Assembly: GCF_036321535.1 (NCBI RefSeq)
Contig: NC_087436.1
Coordinates: forward strand, 68,822,001 to 68,886,000
Source of the DNA: Camelus dromedarius
Taxonomy: Eukaryota
Reading direction: 5' to 3'
Length of the DNA stretch: 64,000 bases
This document shows, one piece after another, positions 13,131 to 26,948 of the stretch (positions are counted from its first letter, which is position 1; every line of letters begins with the position of its first letter). Under the pieces are notes generated by a model, which saw nothing but the letters and a program-made list of their open reading frames with translations, ran no database searches and was not told where the DNA came from. The translations under genes and the position numbers were made by a program.

Positions 13131-14178
13131 CTGATACAAGGAAATGAAGAAATTAAGGATGAAGACATTTTTATATAATAAGTAATCCCAATGTGTTGGC
13201 TAAGTAAAAGTGATCCAGCACAGTATATAGATTTATGATCTTTATGGATTTAAAAATTAAATGGGAGAAGAACTGATGTAGAAATGAACTTTCTAGCATA
13301 GCTGAGTCTCTTCCTGACAAGTAGGACAATTTAGTGGAAAGACACATGTTGGAGTTACTCATATGACTCCAAATTTCCATGCTTTACTAGCTGTGGATCT
13401 TAACTTGAGAGGCTTATTTCCCTTATGTATAAACTATGGATAACAATGCCTCCTTCTGCAGTGTTATATTGCAGATTAGACATGAAATATACATCAATTA
13501 GCTTTTTCTTTCAGGATTCAAATTAAACACATTGAAGGTGCACATATTTCTCTTTTAGCCATGCTAATCTTCAATTACAAGATGAATGTAAGTCTGAGCT
13601 CTCAAGTAAGAACTCAGTCACATTCTACAACCAATTTTTCTAACCTCTGAATGCAAAATTCTAATGATAATCTCTGCTTATTTGTTTCTCAAAGCTTTCA
13701 CATATCATCTCCTTTCCAGGCATAGGGTCATAGCATTACACCAGGCATTGGGTCTCTTTTACTTCTCTTAATCTTATGCAACTCCAAACTATAGACAGTC
13801 TAATATCTTTGTTAATTTAAGTTTATCTTGACCCAGCTGCTTTTTCTCAGGAGACGACCTTCCTGTTTTAGAGAGCTAAGTCATCAGTGTCTTCTAATTC
13901 CTTTAGAGAGTATTCCTAAACTACAGTATCTCCTTGCATCACTTTCTGTTCCCAAGTTCTTTGTGTCTACAATTCTAGACACACAGTCCCAAAGACATTT
14001 TGAGGATCATTTCAAGCCCTGTGTCTGGTGTTTTTGAGTACAAAGAAGATAAACTTTTGAACTGCCTTGGACATAGGGAGAATAGTTTTTTTTTTGCCTG
14101 GGAGATAACCCTAAGAAAATTCCTAACTGGTGCCATTGTTAATGCAGATGGTGGTCATTGGCACATGTTAATAGTATA

Positions 14179-14381
14179 CAGTTGACCCTTGAACACTATG
14201 GAGGATTGGAGTGAAAATCTGCATATCACTTTATAGTTGGTTCTCCATGTCCCTGGTTTTGCATCCACAAATTCAGCCAACCACCAATCATGCAGTACTG
14301 TAGCACGCATTTATTTTTTAAGAAATCCACATTTTACATGGGCCTATGCAGTTGAAACTCATGTTGTTCAAGGATCAACTG
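14179..14381. mobile_element. Tigger2a-like MITE
   Basis: TIRs CAGTTGACCCTTGAACA ... TGTTCAAGGATCAACTG with TA duplication (14177-14178, 14382-14383). Internal sequence is similar to the 12406 copy. Confidence 0.85.
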
Positions 14382-15459
14382 TAACTGAAAGAGAATAATG
14401 TATCAGGAATAAATAATATTTGATTTCTGATATTTTGTGGGATGGTAGATGGGAAGTAAGTTCACACAGATGATTCTAATGGATGGCAAAAATGTATTAA
14501 GAACATGTAATCTCAAATCCTAACTATAGTTTACTCTGTGATCTTAGGTGAATTAATTTTTCTGTACCATGATTTTCTCCTCTATAAAATTGTGATAGTA
14601 ATTGTACTTAACTCATAAGGTTGTGTTTGAAGATTAACTGAAATAATACAGGTAAGGTGCTTAGTGTGCTAAGCTAATTGAGTGCTTATTGAGTTAACTT
14701 TGCTATTGTTATGGTGTAACAAGTTTATAACTTTCATATTTGTAATGATCATATAATTTAAAAATATTTCTGAAATACATTTCTCTAAATGAACTACTCC
14801 CTCAGTCAGTGATCCTACTCAAACTTATAATAATAATGATAACGACCTACCTATCTGGGAGTATTATAAATTACTGGTGTCTGGTTACTGGAGTCTTCCC
14901 TGAAGAATGATATGAAAGAGGAGATACGTTTGTGCTATTTTCTCAGTGAACTGGAATGGATTTCAGCAGTATTTGGGCATGAACTCATTTTACTTTTGCA
15001 TCTCTGTTTGCATTCAAATCAGTAAATCCCAAATTATGAGAAAGAACAGGACCTACAACCTGTCTTCTTGGCTGTCTAATTAGCACCCACATAGGGCAGA
15101 GAGAAGAATCTGGTTTTATTAATTGGGATTTAGTAGCAATAAACAGAAGTGGTTCAGGATGAGGTATGAACTCCTCCTGTAATTCTCGTAAAGGTAAATT
15201 GGTGGAGAATGGAGGGAGAGGAAAACCTGTCCCATTTAAACGGCTAAAATACACACAACCTTTCCTGACCATATGAACCCTAGTTAATCTTCCTTTTTTT
15301 TGAAGTTCTTCTTCACTGTTGTTCTCAACATACAATTAAGTCCTTAATTATATGACGTCATGCTGTTCATTTTCATGTGTGTTACTCTCATCTCTCCAAA
15401 GAGATGGGAAACAGTTTGAAGAGAGGGATCATGGCTCCTCACTGTAAGAGTCAGGTGCC

Positions 15460-16860
15460 AAGAAATGTCAAGAGCTGGATAATCATACCATATATTGGGA
15501 AGACAGATTGTTTAGTTAGTTACATCGGGAAAACTAGCTCACTATATGGAGAATAAAACTTGGGTTTCTACCTAACGTCATATTCAGAGGTGAACTTCAG
15601 ATGCATTAAAACCCTTGTGTAAAAGGTAAGAAGTATAAAGTTAATAGAAGCTAATACAGCATTGTAAACTGATTATACTTCAGTAAAAAAGTTAATGGAT
15701 GGAAGTACAGGAAAATAATTTTATGACTTAAAAAGAGGAAATAACTTCTTTAAAAAAAGCTTTAAAAACACAGCCATAAAGCAAAGAAAATTAATGAATG
15801 ATTGCTTTAAAATTATGAATTGTTATTTTATGAAGGGCATATGATCCAGATTAATAAATGATAGAATGGGTAAGTGCAATGTCTACTACCAACAAACTAT
15901 TCATACCTCAAAAATGTAGGAAATTCTTGCAAAGCAGTGCTAATAAAACAAGTCTAATAAAAAAGGCAAAGGAAAGGTATAGGCAGTTTATAGAAATGAA
16001 AGTCCAAATGGCTAACAAGTATATCCAATGATGCAAAGACTCATTAGTAATTGAAATACACAATAGAAAAATGCAAATTAAATCATGAATCAGATACAAC
16101 GTAATGCCTATTAGGTTGCCAGAAATTAGAAAGCCAGATATTACCAAATGCTGACAAAGACCTGAGGACACAGGAATCCTCATGCACTGCAGTTGGGAGT
16201 ACACACTGATTCAGCCATTTTGAAGAGCAGTCCAGCACCAATTAGTCAAATTAAATGTGTGCACACCGATGACCCAGTAATTCTGCTTCCAGGGATAAGT
16301 AGGAGGCTGTTTAGTGCAGCGTTTCTTGAGATGATAGACAGGAGGTAAAATATGGTGGATAGACATTGTAACTTATCATGTAGCAGTTAATAGCAATTAA
16401 TTAAATATACATTTATCAACATAGCTAGAGCTTAAAAAACAGATCTGAGTAAAAAAGTGTGAAGCAAAATGATAATAGTAGACTGAATATTTGTTTCCTG
16501 CCAAATTCATATGTTGAAATTCTAACCCCCAATGTGATGGTATTAGGAAGTAGGGCCTCTGGGAGGTGACTGGGCTGTGAACCTGATCATGATGATGCCT
16601 GATTTCAGACTTCCAGACTCCAGTACTATGAGAAATAAATTTCTGTTATTTGTAAGCCACTTAAACTATGGTACTTTGTTATAGCAGCCCAAACTGACTA
16701 AAACAAGTAATTTATAACACAAAGAATAAGTTAAAAGCATGTGCTGTGCACAACAACAAAATACATTTTTGCAAGACTGAATACAAACAAAAGAATACAT
16801 GTGAAATACAGAATGGTTGCCTGCCAGGGGAGGTGAATGATAGTGGGTTATGGGAATAAA
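15460..16860 (+). mobile_element. Old L1M (L1ME-like) 3' ORF2/UTR fragments, interrupted by a MaLR LTR
   Basis: CAAATGGCTAACAAGTATAT..AAAATGCAAATTAAATC..ACCAAATGCTGACAAAGA..GGAATCCTCATGCACTGC..GACCCAGTAATTCTGCTTC L1 motifs. Boundaries approximate. Confidence 0.65.
16474..16705 (+). mobile_element. MLT1A-like MaLR solo LTR (internally deleted)
   Basis: GACTGAATATTTGTTTCC..CAAATTCATATGTTGAAATTCTAACCCCCAATGTGATGGTATTAGGA ... GAGAAATAAATTTCTGTT..TATAGCAGCCCAAACTGACTAAAACA. Confidence 0.8.
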
Positions 16861-18219
16861 GGAGAAGAAATAAGTAATGACAGCTAGAGAAGGGCCTTGT
16901 ACGTCCTCATGATGATGATTTGTCAGTACCTAACTCAGCCTTTGCACCTGAGGTTCTTTCACTCCTAGAAATGTATGCTTTACGGAAACTTCAAAGTCCA
17001 CCTCCAAACACATAATGTTATAGATTCACCTCTGCATTTCTTTCTCTTTCTTTTAAAAGACCTATTGCATTCCTGTCCATCCATGTACTTCAGTAAAAAT
17101 ATTTCTTAGTTAGCCTTAAACAACAGTGTTGGCTGTAAAACATAAAGAAAACAGATTTTAAACTTTCCTGATAAATTACAAATATTCCTCATTGTTAAAG
17201 AAATTGTGTATCTTTTCAACTAAAATGGATTAATTAATTTATTGTTATTATTTTTATATTATGGAGTTTATGTGGAGTCACTCAGGATCAAAGGGATAAA
17301 AGAGGTACTGGAGTATGTATCCAAGTTTTTTCTGGCATTCCTTGAGAAATCATTGCAACATATTTCTGGCAACACCATAGATGCAGCTTATAATCTTTAT
17401 TTTTAATTCTCATTAAATTATGCACATTTGTTCTCTCTTACAGTCTCATTCCCCCAAGTCAATAATTAACATTTATAAATTGACATATATCCTCCATTCT
17501 TTTATATTCAGAGCACCTTAGAAAATAGCATTTGCAGTCAAATCTGTGCTTTGTGCTTCCTTTTCAAGGAAGTTAACCTGACCTTTGTTTTTGAGCGAGG
17601 GTTCACAGACATCCTGAGCAGAACTACTATACAATTGGGTTTACTTTTTTCTTTTGGGGGGCATTCCTGTATTTTAGTTTAAACAAAATTGTTAGCACTT
17701 CATTTGAGCATTACACAACAGATCTGGGTTTTTCATCTTAATTAGTATGTTTGTGAGATAAAATGAACATTGATGATCGTGTTTCCTTTCACATATATTT
17801 TAAAAATATTTTAAATCTTAAGATATGGCCCTACTAAAAAAAGGCGTGTGATTTTAGAAATAATCACTTCCGGTATGGTTGAGTTTTCCATTTGAGTACT
17901 ATTGTGGTGGAAGGGGGGAGCAGTGGGCTGGGATGCCTTGGCTTCAGTTCTCTCACTTTTAGATGAGGTGGCTGAGTTAGAAAGAGTGGTTTATCAGAAT
18001 CAGTCATTTGTTAGAATGTGGATTCCCTTATTCCCCTATCACCACCTACCCATCCCATCAGACACTGATTCAGGAGGTCTGGAGTGGGGCCTAGGACTCT
18101 ACAAGATGATTCTGATGCAAGTGTCTGAAAGTCATGTTTTAGGAAATAGTAAGGGAAAAGATGCACAAAATCCCTTTACCTGCATTATTTTGTAATAGAA
18201 AGAATTTTATCTGACTTAC

Positions 18220-18338
18220 CAAGTTTTCGCTCATCTCCCTTAAGTCCTTAAGGTGGTATGGGCTATATTGTCCAGAGTTACTGTTGACTCGTAGGTCTGA
18301 AATTTTAAAGGTGCCGTGATAATACTCCACTTTCTGAC
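18220..18338 (-). CDS. TMPRSS11A: TMPRSS11A coding exon 3 (start of SEA; GQKVEYYHGTFKISDLRVNSNSGQYSPYHLKDLREMSENL)
   Basis: Acceptor tttcatcacag|GTC, donor TTG|gtaagt, 119 nt, phase 1 to 0. Matches human QKKEYYHGSFKI..LKDLRETTENL. Confidence 0.95.
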
Positions 18339-18489
18339 CTGTGATGAAAAGGAAAAGTAGGAAATTAAGTGGTTTGGGGATAGATTTTGGGATCTGAGGC
18401 TCAACTATAATGGGACTATGATGAAATCTTGAATATATCTCTGAGATTTTAATTTAGTTTCATAATAAAATAATGATTAATGTTCTATG

Positions 18490-18740
18490 TTAATAATAGC
18501 AGCTGATGTTTATTCAGTGCCTACCATGTGCGAACTCTGTTCAGGGCACTTTACATGTGTTAATTCATTTGATTCTTACTAAGCTGTCTAAGGTTGACAT
18601 CACGTTCATTTCACAGATGAGAAAAGTGAGGCATGAGGCATTAAATAACTTCTCTGTGCTATACAACTAGTAAGTAGCCTACTCAAGATTAAACCCAGAT
18701 AAATGGCCCTAGAGCTGGAACATTTAATTACTATATTGCT
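18490..18740 (-). mobile_element. MIR SINE
   Basis: TTTATTCAGTGCCTACCATGTGC..GCACTTTACATGTGTTAATTCATTTGATTCTTAC..CATTTCACAGATGAGAAAAGTGAGGC. Confidence 0.7.
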
Positions 18741-20165
18741 TCTTGCTGAGGTGAAATGTATATATAACTTATACTGGAAGTAGAGGTAAATGAATGTTCT
18801 TGTAAATTTTGATTTATAATGGGAGAGAAAGACACTAAGAAAGACATGAAAAGAAAGGCAGGGAAAAAACTGTGTGTGGTTGGAGATGAGAACAGTGTGT
18901 CACAGGGATGAATCAGTCAGATCTCTGCTTGCCTCTCAGGAAAGGTAAAAAAAACAGAGCAGTGGATGCTTCTGAGGAATTTGGTAATCTTAGAAGTGTA
19001 GCCCTGGTGGGGCAAGAAATCTACAGAGTTAAAGACAGAGTGGAGCAGCCACAAAACATCCTCTCTCCTTGGAGAGCTTAGCTCAGGCAGGACACAATGG
19101 GTTTCCCAGAGACGGACCTAGGAAATAAAGGGGACCTCACAATGGCCTATTTCCTAGGGACACCTCTGGACTCTAGTGCGTTTTCAGTCCCCCTGATTAC
19201 TAATCTATATAGTCCATATTGTTATCAAACCTTATACTCATGGGAAAGGGGCTTCTATGCATTAAATTAACTGACCTGAGAGTCTTTTGTCATTGGAATC
19301 AACTACAGATGGGGTTGTCACATGAGGCCCAGAGCTAACATGTGGCCCAGAGCTAGGTTCTTAAGCCCTTTAAAGCTCCTATAGAGTTTTCAGTCCCTCA
19401 TCAAGTCTGAAGAAGGTGACAACAGATAAATTCATCCAAATAAGCAGTCTGAACTAGTTGCTTTATCACATACATCTGTGTGAGAGTGCTATTGTGGAGA
19501 TTTGCTAAAAAATGTAAATGGTTTTCACTCTGCAGTGATGCAATATAAAAAGAGAATTCTCAAATGAACTTCTGTGTGATTATAAATATATCAGGCCATA
19601 AAAATCCCTGAATATTGTTTTGGAAAAGAATAAAATTTTCTCTCTAAGAATAAGTAATAATATTGCATCGTACTTTTACTTTACCAGTAATTTCAAAATT
19701 CATTATTTCATTGAACATGTGCTTTTCTTTTTTCCCTAGAAATGTTAGTGGACAGAAAGTGATGAGTGAAAGAGCCAGTTTTAAAAATTAATTTAATAAC
19801 TAATTTATTATAGTTTTTCACCTTAACATACAATGAATGATTAAAATTTATTATGATGACTAGTAAATTTCAGATAATTACTGTTTTGATCTTTTGTGTA
19901 GATTCTCAAAAGAATACTGCAGCGTGCTCTCCAAGGAGGTAGGAAATTTGTCTGCACTGCTTAGTGCTATTTCTTGAGTGCCCAGAAAAGTACTTGTTTA
20001 TTGTAGGCATTTAGTAATTACTTGTTGATGAAATGATTAAATAAATTCACAATGTGAACATTTACTGATGAAACAGTATTTGAGATGAAATTAAATTTAC
20101 GTGTATGCAAATAAAGCTATACAGAAAAATGAAATCAAACTGAATGATACCCATATTTTACCTAC

Positions 20166-20287
20166 CAGAGACTAAGAAGTGAGCCAGAAGTCCGATGGCC
20201 ACTGCCACCACTGTCAGTAAAGACACAACGAGAAGGGCAATCATCCATGGTTTCAAATCTCTGCTTTGGGTGCCAAATCCTACTTCT
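20166..20287 (-). CDS. TMPRSS11A: TMPRSS11A coding exon 2 (cytoplasmic tail and signal-anchor; EVGFGTQSRDLKPWMIALLVVSLLTVVAVAIGLLAHFLVS)
   Basis: Acceptor tctttttcatag|AGA, donor CTG|gtaggt, 122 nt, phase 2 to 1. Hydrophobic TM stretch matches human VGFGTRSRNLKPWMIAVLIVLSLTVVAVTIGLLVHFLVF. Not in the ORF track. Confidence 0.95.
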
Positions 20288-20689
20288 CTATGAAAAAGAA
20301 AAATCACCAGTTACTCTCACATTGAAATAGTTACTGACTTTCTGGTTCTTCTTAAGTGCATGTTGCTTAGCTTGCCTTTCTCAGCAAGAAGACATTTGTC
20401 TTCAGTTTTGGTCAAGGTCATCTTGGCATGAAGGGAGGTGTTAAAAAATCAGTATCTGGGAATCCATGATATTGCTCCTGGTTTCTATTTCTAGAGGCAT
20501 TGGGTGGCTCTCTGTGGTGGCCAGTCCTGACTTCTCTTATCAGTGTGGTCCAAAGTAGCACATATGCTTGAAAAAGGACCATTCCTTCTTTCTCCAACAA
20601 TTTAACAAAAAAATCTCTTTTATGTGTCTATCCTTTTAAAGTTTACAAGGTGATTTCAAGTCTTTTGTCTCATTTACTTTTTATCTGTT

Positions 20690-21320
20690 ACTTTTTAACT
20701 ATCATGAAATTTTTCAGACACAGAAATTTAGAAACATCGTATAATAGAACACTCCTATATTCATCATATCATTTTATCAGTTGTTAACATTTTTGCTGTA
20801 ATGCCTTTATTTTTTTCTGCTGTATTTTAATGTAAAGTAGAACATCATGTTTTTTTTGCCAAATCGTTATTATATACAATTAGGATATTTCTAACATAAT
20901 CACAATACCGTAACACTCTTAAAAAATTAATGCTATTTCTCCAACATCTTGTAATACCCAATCCATCAGATTTCTGTTGTCCCTGTTACATTTACAGATG
21001 GTTTGTACAAATCAGGACATTATCAAGGACCATGTAGTACCTTGGCTGTTTTTTAACTCTTTTTGAATATAAAAGAGCCCTGCTTCCTTCTTAATTTTTA
21101 ATGACATCGACTTGTGGAAGAGATCAAGCCAGTTGTCCTTTAAAAGTTCCAATTTCTGGACTTATATGAATGCTTTCTTTTGATCTCATTTAATTCATTC
21201 TTCTATCCCCCTCGTTTCCTGTCAGTTTAAATTTAGATCTAAAGACTTGATTAAATTCATTTGGCAAGAATACTTCAAAAGTGATGCTGCATACTTCACA
21301 TTGCATCACCTCTGGATTAG
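20690..21320 (-). mobile_element. Degenerate old L1 (L1MC/ME-type) 3' fragment
   Basis: T-rich antisense L1 3' UTR-like text (ACATAATCACAATACC..AATACCCAATCCAT..AATCAGGA..TTTGGCAAGAATACTTC). Boundaries approximate. Confidence 0.5.
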
Positions 21321-23084
21321 AGGACATTTCCACAGTTTTGGGGGAAAAAAATAACTCTCTGCTCTTCCTCTAGCACCTTTTGATCAACAGTAGTGCTGAT
21401 CACATTGTATTAACTTTTTGTTTGCACGTATGTTAACCTACACTTAACCATGAACTCCTCGATGGGCTGGACTAGTCTTGTTCATCTGTTTATCATTAAG
21501 ACATAATAAGAGGCCTGGTACAGAGTAGGAATTTTATACATCCTTGAGAATCGGGCAGGAATTATACCAACCTTAAATATGAAATAACAGAGGCTGAGAG
21601 AGAGGATACCTGATTTGTTTGAGTCAAGTGGCTTAAAAGGGCCCGGATCATCTAACTCATTTTCTAGTGATTCTTCTCTGCAACATGCCAGTGTAGTCAA
21701 CTTAATTTATCCCTATTCTTTAGAATTCATCTTTTTGTGTATGTTGATAACCAAAATCTTTGGGGGCAGAAGGTTTTTTTTCTGGTTCTTTCATGGAATT
21801 TAGTGCAGTAATTTACTCTAAGTAGACTTTTAACAAACTGATTTACAGGAAGTTTTAATTTTAATATAAAAAATGTGTATATATAAATGTTAGCATAAAA
21901 GATAAAAACTGTTTGGACCTAAACAGTTAAGAGTTGATAGCTTTGGTGTACGTAATACATTTAGCCAATAAACCTAGTGGAACTTGAGAGACTTGAATTC
22001 TGTTGAGTATGGAAAATGTTGACAATGCACATTGACTGATTAAAAAGAATCTAGACAACTGGTTATGGAAAGGCAGTGTGTCCTCTGATGGACAAGAGGT
22101 AAGCCAGAACATAAAAATGAAAAACAGAAGTTTCATGGGTGTGACATTGCTTAGACTCTTAATTGGCTTAAAACTAAATTCGGAAGTAAAGAGAATTTAG
22201 AGACTATTTAGCACAATTTACTGTATTTCCAGGTGAGGAGACTGAGGCCTAGAGATGATTAAGTGACTTCTCCAATATAACGGAACTAGCAGTCATCTCC
22301 TACTCATGTCTTCTAACTTCTATAACACTACTTTTTTTCAGTGCCAGAGTGCCTCTCCATTGATTACATTTTAACTCTGAAACAGATTTATCTTGTATAT
22401 ATTCATCTATTCACTCACTCACTCATTCTTCATTTATTTGACCATTTATTGTCTCAGATAATCTTATCGGTGTGTCTTCAGGTTATTCAAAGCCGAAAAA
22501 GGACCAGAGGAGAAAGGCTAGACCTCAAGGAGATGTACAAGCTTTTAAATCTCTCTTCCCGTCACAGTACAGTTCCTCTGAGTAGCACAAATGGAGAAAG
22601 CAGATGATCACATCCCCACCACCAAGATGCACACAAACTCACACTATTAGTGCTCTTTGGGGCACTAAGCAGAAGAGCGATTAACCACTCACGGGCACCT
22701 GCTTCAAGTACCACGGCAGACACATCTGTAAATGCCATACAGGCAGCGTGAGCATCTGGTGGGGAGCAGGGGCCAGCAAACAGGGCTGATGAGTTGTCAG
22801 AGTGTTTCTCCTTTTGAGAAGAACTTTGGGGAATATAACAGGTGTGCAACGCCAAGTTACGAAAGCTGCTTTTGTGAATATGAACAAGCAATGCGTGAAG
22901 GCAAAAATGCATCATCAGCTGCCCCCCGGAGAGGTCCTGCTAGTGACTTGCATAGATCACTTCTGATCTGAAAAAAAATGTACTCAGTAAAGCCTTTGGA
23001 ATCTAGCCTCTAGCCTATTTGTAAGTGGAGATGCTCAAGCATTTTTTTTTCCTGCTTTATGTACACTCCTAAAACAAACACTCA

Positions 23085-23672
23085 TGTATTAGTTTTTTGT
23101 TGCTGTGTAACAAATCACAAAGTTAGCAGTTTAAACCGACACCCACTCATTAGCTCATAGTTCTGTATGTGGCATGGCTGAGTTCTCTGGTCACGATCGC
23201 ACAAGGTTGAAATCAAGGTATTGGTTGGGGCTACAATCTCATCTGACATTGATGACCCTGTTCCAAGGTCACTTACGTTTTAGGCAGAGCTCAGGTCCTT
23301 GAAGCTAAACTGAGGTTCCTGTTTCCTTGCTGGGTGTCAGCCAGAGGCTTCTCTCAGTCTCTAGATGCCACCCACGTTCTTTGCCATGTGGCCCACTCCA
23401 TCTTCAAAGCCATCAATGGGGACTCTCTCTCCTATCAAATCTCTCTCACATCCTGAATCTCTCTCTCTGGGTAGAGCCTTGTCCTTTTTTAAGGTGTCAC
23501 CTGATTAGGTTAGGTTCACCCAGTATAATCTCCCCATTGAAAAGTCAGCTGATTTGAGACCTTAATTTTATCTGCAAAATCTCCTCACAACAGCACCTAG
23601 ATTAGTGTTTGAATAACTGGGAGAAGAAATGTATATACCAGGGGGGTGGGTATCTTGGGGGATTTTTTCACA
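23085..23672 (-). mobile_element. MLT1E/F-like MaLR LTR
   Basis: TGTATTAGTTTTTTGTTGCTGTGTAACAAATCACAAAGTTAGCAGTTTAAA..GGTTGAAATCAAGGT..GCCATGTGGCCC..CACCTGATTAGGTTAGG..AGCACCTAGATTAGTGTTTGAATAACTGG. Confidence 0.75.
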
Positions 23673-26600
23673 ACAAAAAAATACTACGACTTTCATCAAA
23701 ATGGGCAGAAATATGTAGCCCTCAAAGAAAAAAGCATGTGAGATTTGAAATCTCCTCTAACTTTTGTGGGGTTAGGGGAGAACTGTTTCATTAAAAGGGA
23801 ATTCCGTGTTAAGCATACAATTAGAAGAGTATTTTATTCAAGGAACAATCTGGGGGAATACAAAGTGAATTGTTGGAGATTAAAGTAGGAAGAAAGCTAA
23901 AAGTATTCCCTGATCATGACCTGATTAGCACTCTGCATTCCTTTAAGGAAAAGGTAAATATAGATGATACATTTTCAGAGTAACACAGTCTATAATCTAT
24001 GTGAAATCCAACTTATTATACCCATTATACTTTCATTAAGTTTAATTATTCAGGGGTTAGAAGGGTGTATTTATGACATGCTTTTTCTAAAGATGTTATC
24101 AATGAAAACATGGTGATAATATGAGTAATTTTGTGTCTTTGCTTTCTGCAGTCTTAAAAACCAAAAGATACACACCCTGAAGATTGTATAAAACAGTATG
24201 AATTGTTAATGATCAGAGCTGGGATATTTATTTCCTCAGGAACCAAGCTCTATGCTGGTGACTTCTAAATCTGTGCATTCAAAGATGACTTGAGTTAAAA
24301 GACATCATCAATCCCCTACTCCACATAGATCTTCCTTTTCCTAGAAGGAACTCCCCTGAAGGCAGCAACTTTGGCTCAGTTTGCAGTCAACCCTTTATCA
24401 CTTTATCTCCAAACTCTAAATCTTTCCTTTTTCAGGATTATTTTTCTGCTTTCTTGTAGCTACATGTTATCATGATACAAATGTAGATACATGAGATTAT
24501 TATATAAATGCCAATTTACAGTCAGGTTATGTTCCCATAAAGCTTAATAAGGACAGTTTTTTGAAGTTTAAGATACATTATCTGACTGAAAAAGAATTTA
24601 TTGGTTGGCTTCCCAGGCCAACCTACAAGTCTACTTAACTCCAAATGTAACTGACAAAGGTGCTAAATGCATTGAATTTTGGGCAGTCAGTTGGTGCAGA
24701 AAACTTTGCTCCTCTTTTCCAAGCCTGATGCCCATCCCTGGGGGAAAGTTCTTATAGAACTAAAGTGCCAAACTCTCCTTCCACCAATGAAAATTGTCAT
24801 TCCCTCTGAGTTGCTGAACTCAGTTGTATGTTACAAAAAAGCAATCTTTTGTGGTGATCTAATATCCTCTGATATGTAAATATCTGTCTCTGGGTACTCT
24901 GTGACTATTTTAGAATGACCATTCAGTACTAAAAGGGATAAGAACAAGAGCTACTATTTACTAAGTGATGAATTTCAGGGCCTGTTGATCTTACCCTGCA
25001 AACACTCTTGTCAGTAAAATTATTTATCTTCATTTTACAGGTGAACAGTTTGCTCAGTTCAAACAGCCAGATGCAGAGTTAGAAACTAACTCTGACCGCT
25101 CTGACTCAGAAGCCCTTCTTTCTCTGTGATACCAAACTTCCTTTTGAGACTGATTTTTTCTTTCCTTTTACAGGATAGGCTTCCTTTTAACCCAAATCAG
25201 TAACGTGTGGAATTTCAAGTAGCATAAAAGGCAGGTGAAGAGTTTTATAAAGTGAAGGCAGAGGTGGTTTTCTGATCAGAGAATCCGCCCTTCTCCATTG
25301 TGGTTCAGTCTTGAATTTGTTTTTGTTTTCACGTCTTCTTTCTACTAGCTTTAAATTCTTGTGAACTCTCAAAAAGTTAGGATTCCCTTATCCCTCTCCT
25401 GACAGTGGTAGAGGTCATATAGAGGAGAGGAGGAGGAAGGAAAGGGGGCTACGAAAGCAGGCGTTTGCAGAGAAAATTAATGATCATATTTGGGCTTGTC
25501 TGTATACTTTGGAGGCTTTCATTTAATTTGACACTTTTTTTTTCATGCTTCCACGTGTTCCCTATATATTTTATTTCTTGAAATATTATGTGTACATGTG
25601 TCCTCTTACCCCAATTATGAAAGATCTTGAAGACAGTGAATAAGTCACATATGGCACTGAGGCATTTCTCAAGAAGTATTCCCAAATAGTGCGGTAAGAG
25701 AGGTTTCCCATAAATAGGTTTGGAAAAAATGGGTTAAATAAGGTTAAATAGGATTCTCACTATTTAAAATCTTAGAGCCTTTAATGGGTTTACAAGGGGT
25801 AAATGTGAGGCAGCATCTCTGCCTTGGTTTTGTATGTGTTCTGTTCACTGATACAACCCCGTGCCTAATACATCTAATTATCTGACTCTTAGTAGATACT
25901 TGAATACTACTTATCAAATTGGATTGAAATAAAAGTTTTCCAAATGTATTTTTTTTAAATCACCATATCTTGTGATACTTCCTGGGATTCTGATGGCCCA
26001 CAGAACACAGTTTTGAAAACATGGCTCTGTATGTGTTTACACCACTGTAGTGCTCCATGGAATGCTTCATTGTCAGGAGGTTAAAAATAAAAAGAAGAAA
26101 CAAAGAAAACTTCTGATATTCCTTCTGTATCTAACTCCCAGATATGAATGGGAGTGAGGGTGGGGCGAAGAGGGAGATGCAAAATTGAATCAAATACCAA
26201 AGGAAATTTCCCCTAGAAAATAATGAAGAGATTCAGGCTGACCTGAATTCAGGGGACTCAGAATTCTTAGTTACACTTCTTTTTTTGCCAGCGTGCTCAA
26301 TTTCCATCCCTGGGACCACAGTGAAGGCATTTCCTTAGAAAAGTGAAGAAGTAGAGTCTTGTCTTTTCTGGGGTTCTCATTTTCTTTTTCTGAGTACCCT
26401 GTGTAATGTGTGTTTTTGATTTAGCCCTAACACACCTTTGACACAAGGTGCAGCCCCACCTATTAAAGTTTGAAAATTATGTATCAGATTAGAGGTTAAG
26501 GTCTAGGCTGGCACGCTGTGCATGTGTGGAAAATGAATTGTTTGTATACAAATGCCTGGGTCAGAGCATATAAATCATAAATATGTCCCCAAAACTACTA

Positions 26601-26948
26601 AGAATTGATCAGCTATTGGAAAGTTTCTTATTCCTCCTTTGTCCTTTCACATGTTCATATGTCTATTCATTCGACTATCTGTCCATTCATCTACCAACTA
26701 TTGTTTATTTCTACAACCTTTTATGGAACCTCTATTATGTTTTAACTCATCATATAAGGCTTAGGGAGGCAAAGATGAATAAGACATGGTTTCTACCTTT
26801 ATGCAACTCATGGTACAACCTATAATGCTTTTGTCTCAATCTGTGCCATATGAAAGCTAATAGTGAAGCACTGTACGCTTCTTTACTATAAATATTTAAA
26901 ATAGCACAAATAAGTTTCCATTAAGGTAACAAAAATGAGAGTTAAAAA

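Noticed and set aside
22562..22915. 117-aa minus-strand ORF as a novel gene
   Set aside because: No recognisable domain, and it lies in intron 1 with no promoter or poly(A) support; the length is compatible with chance.
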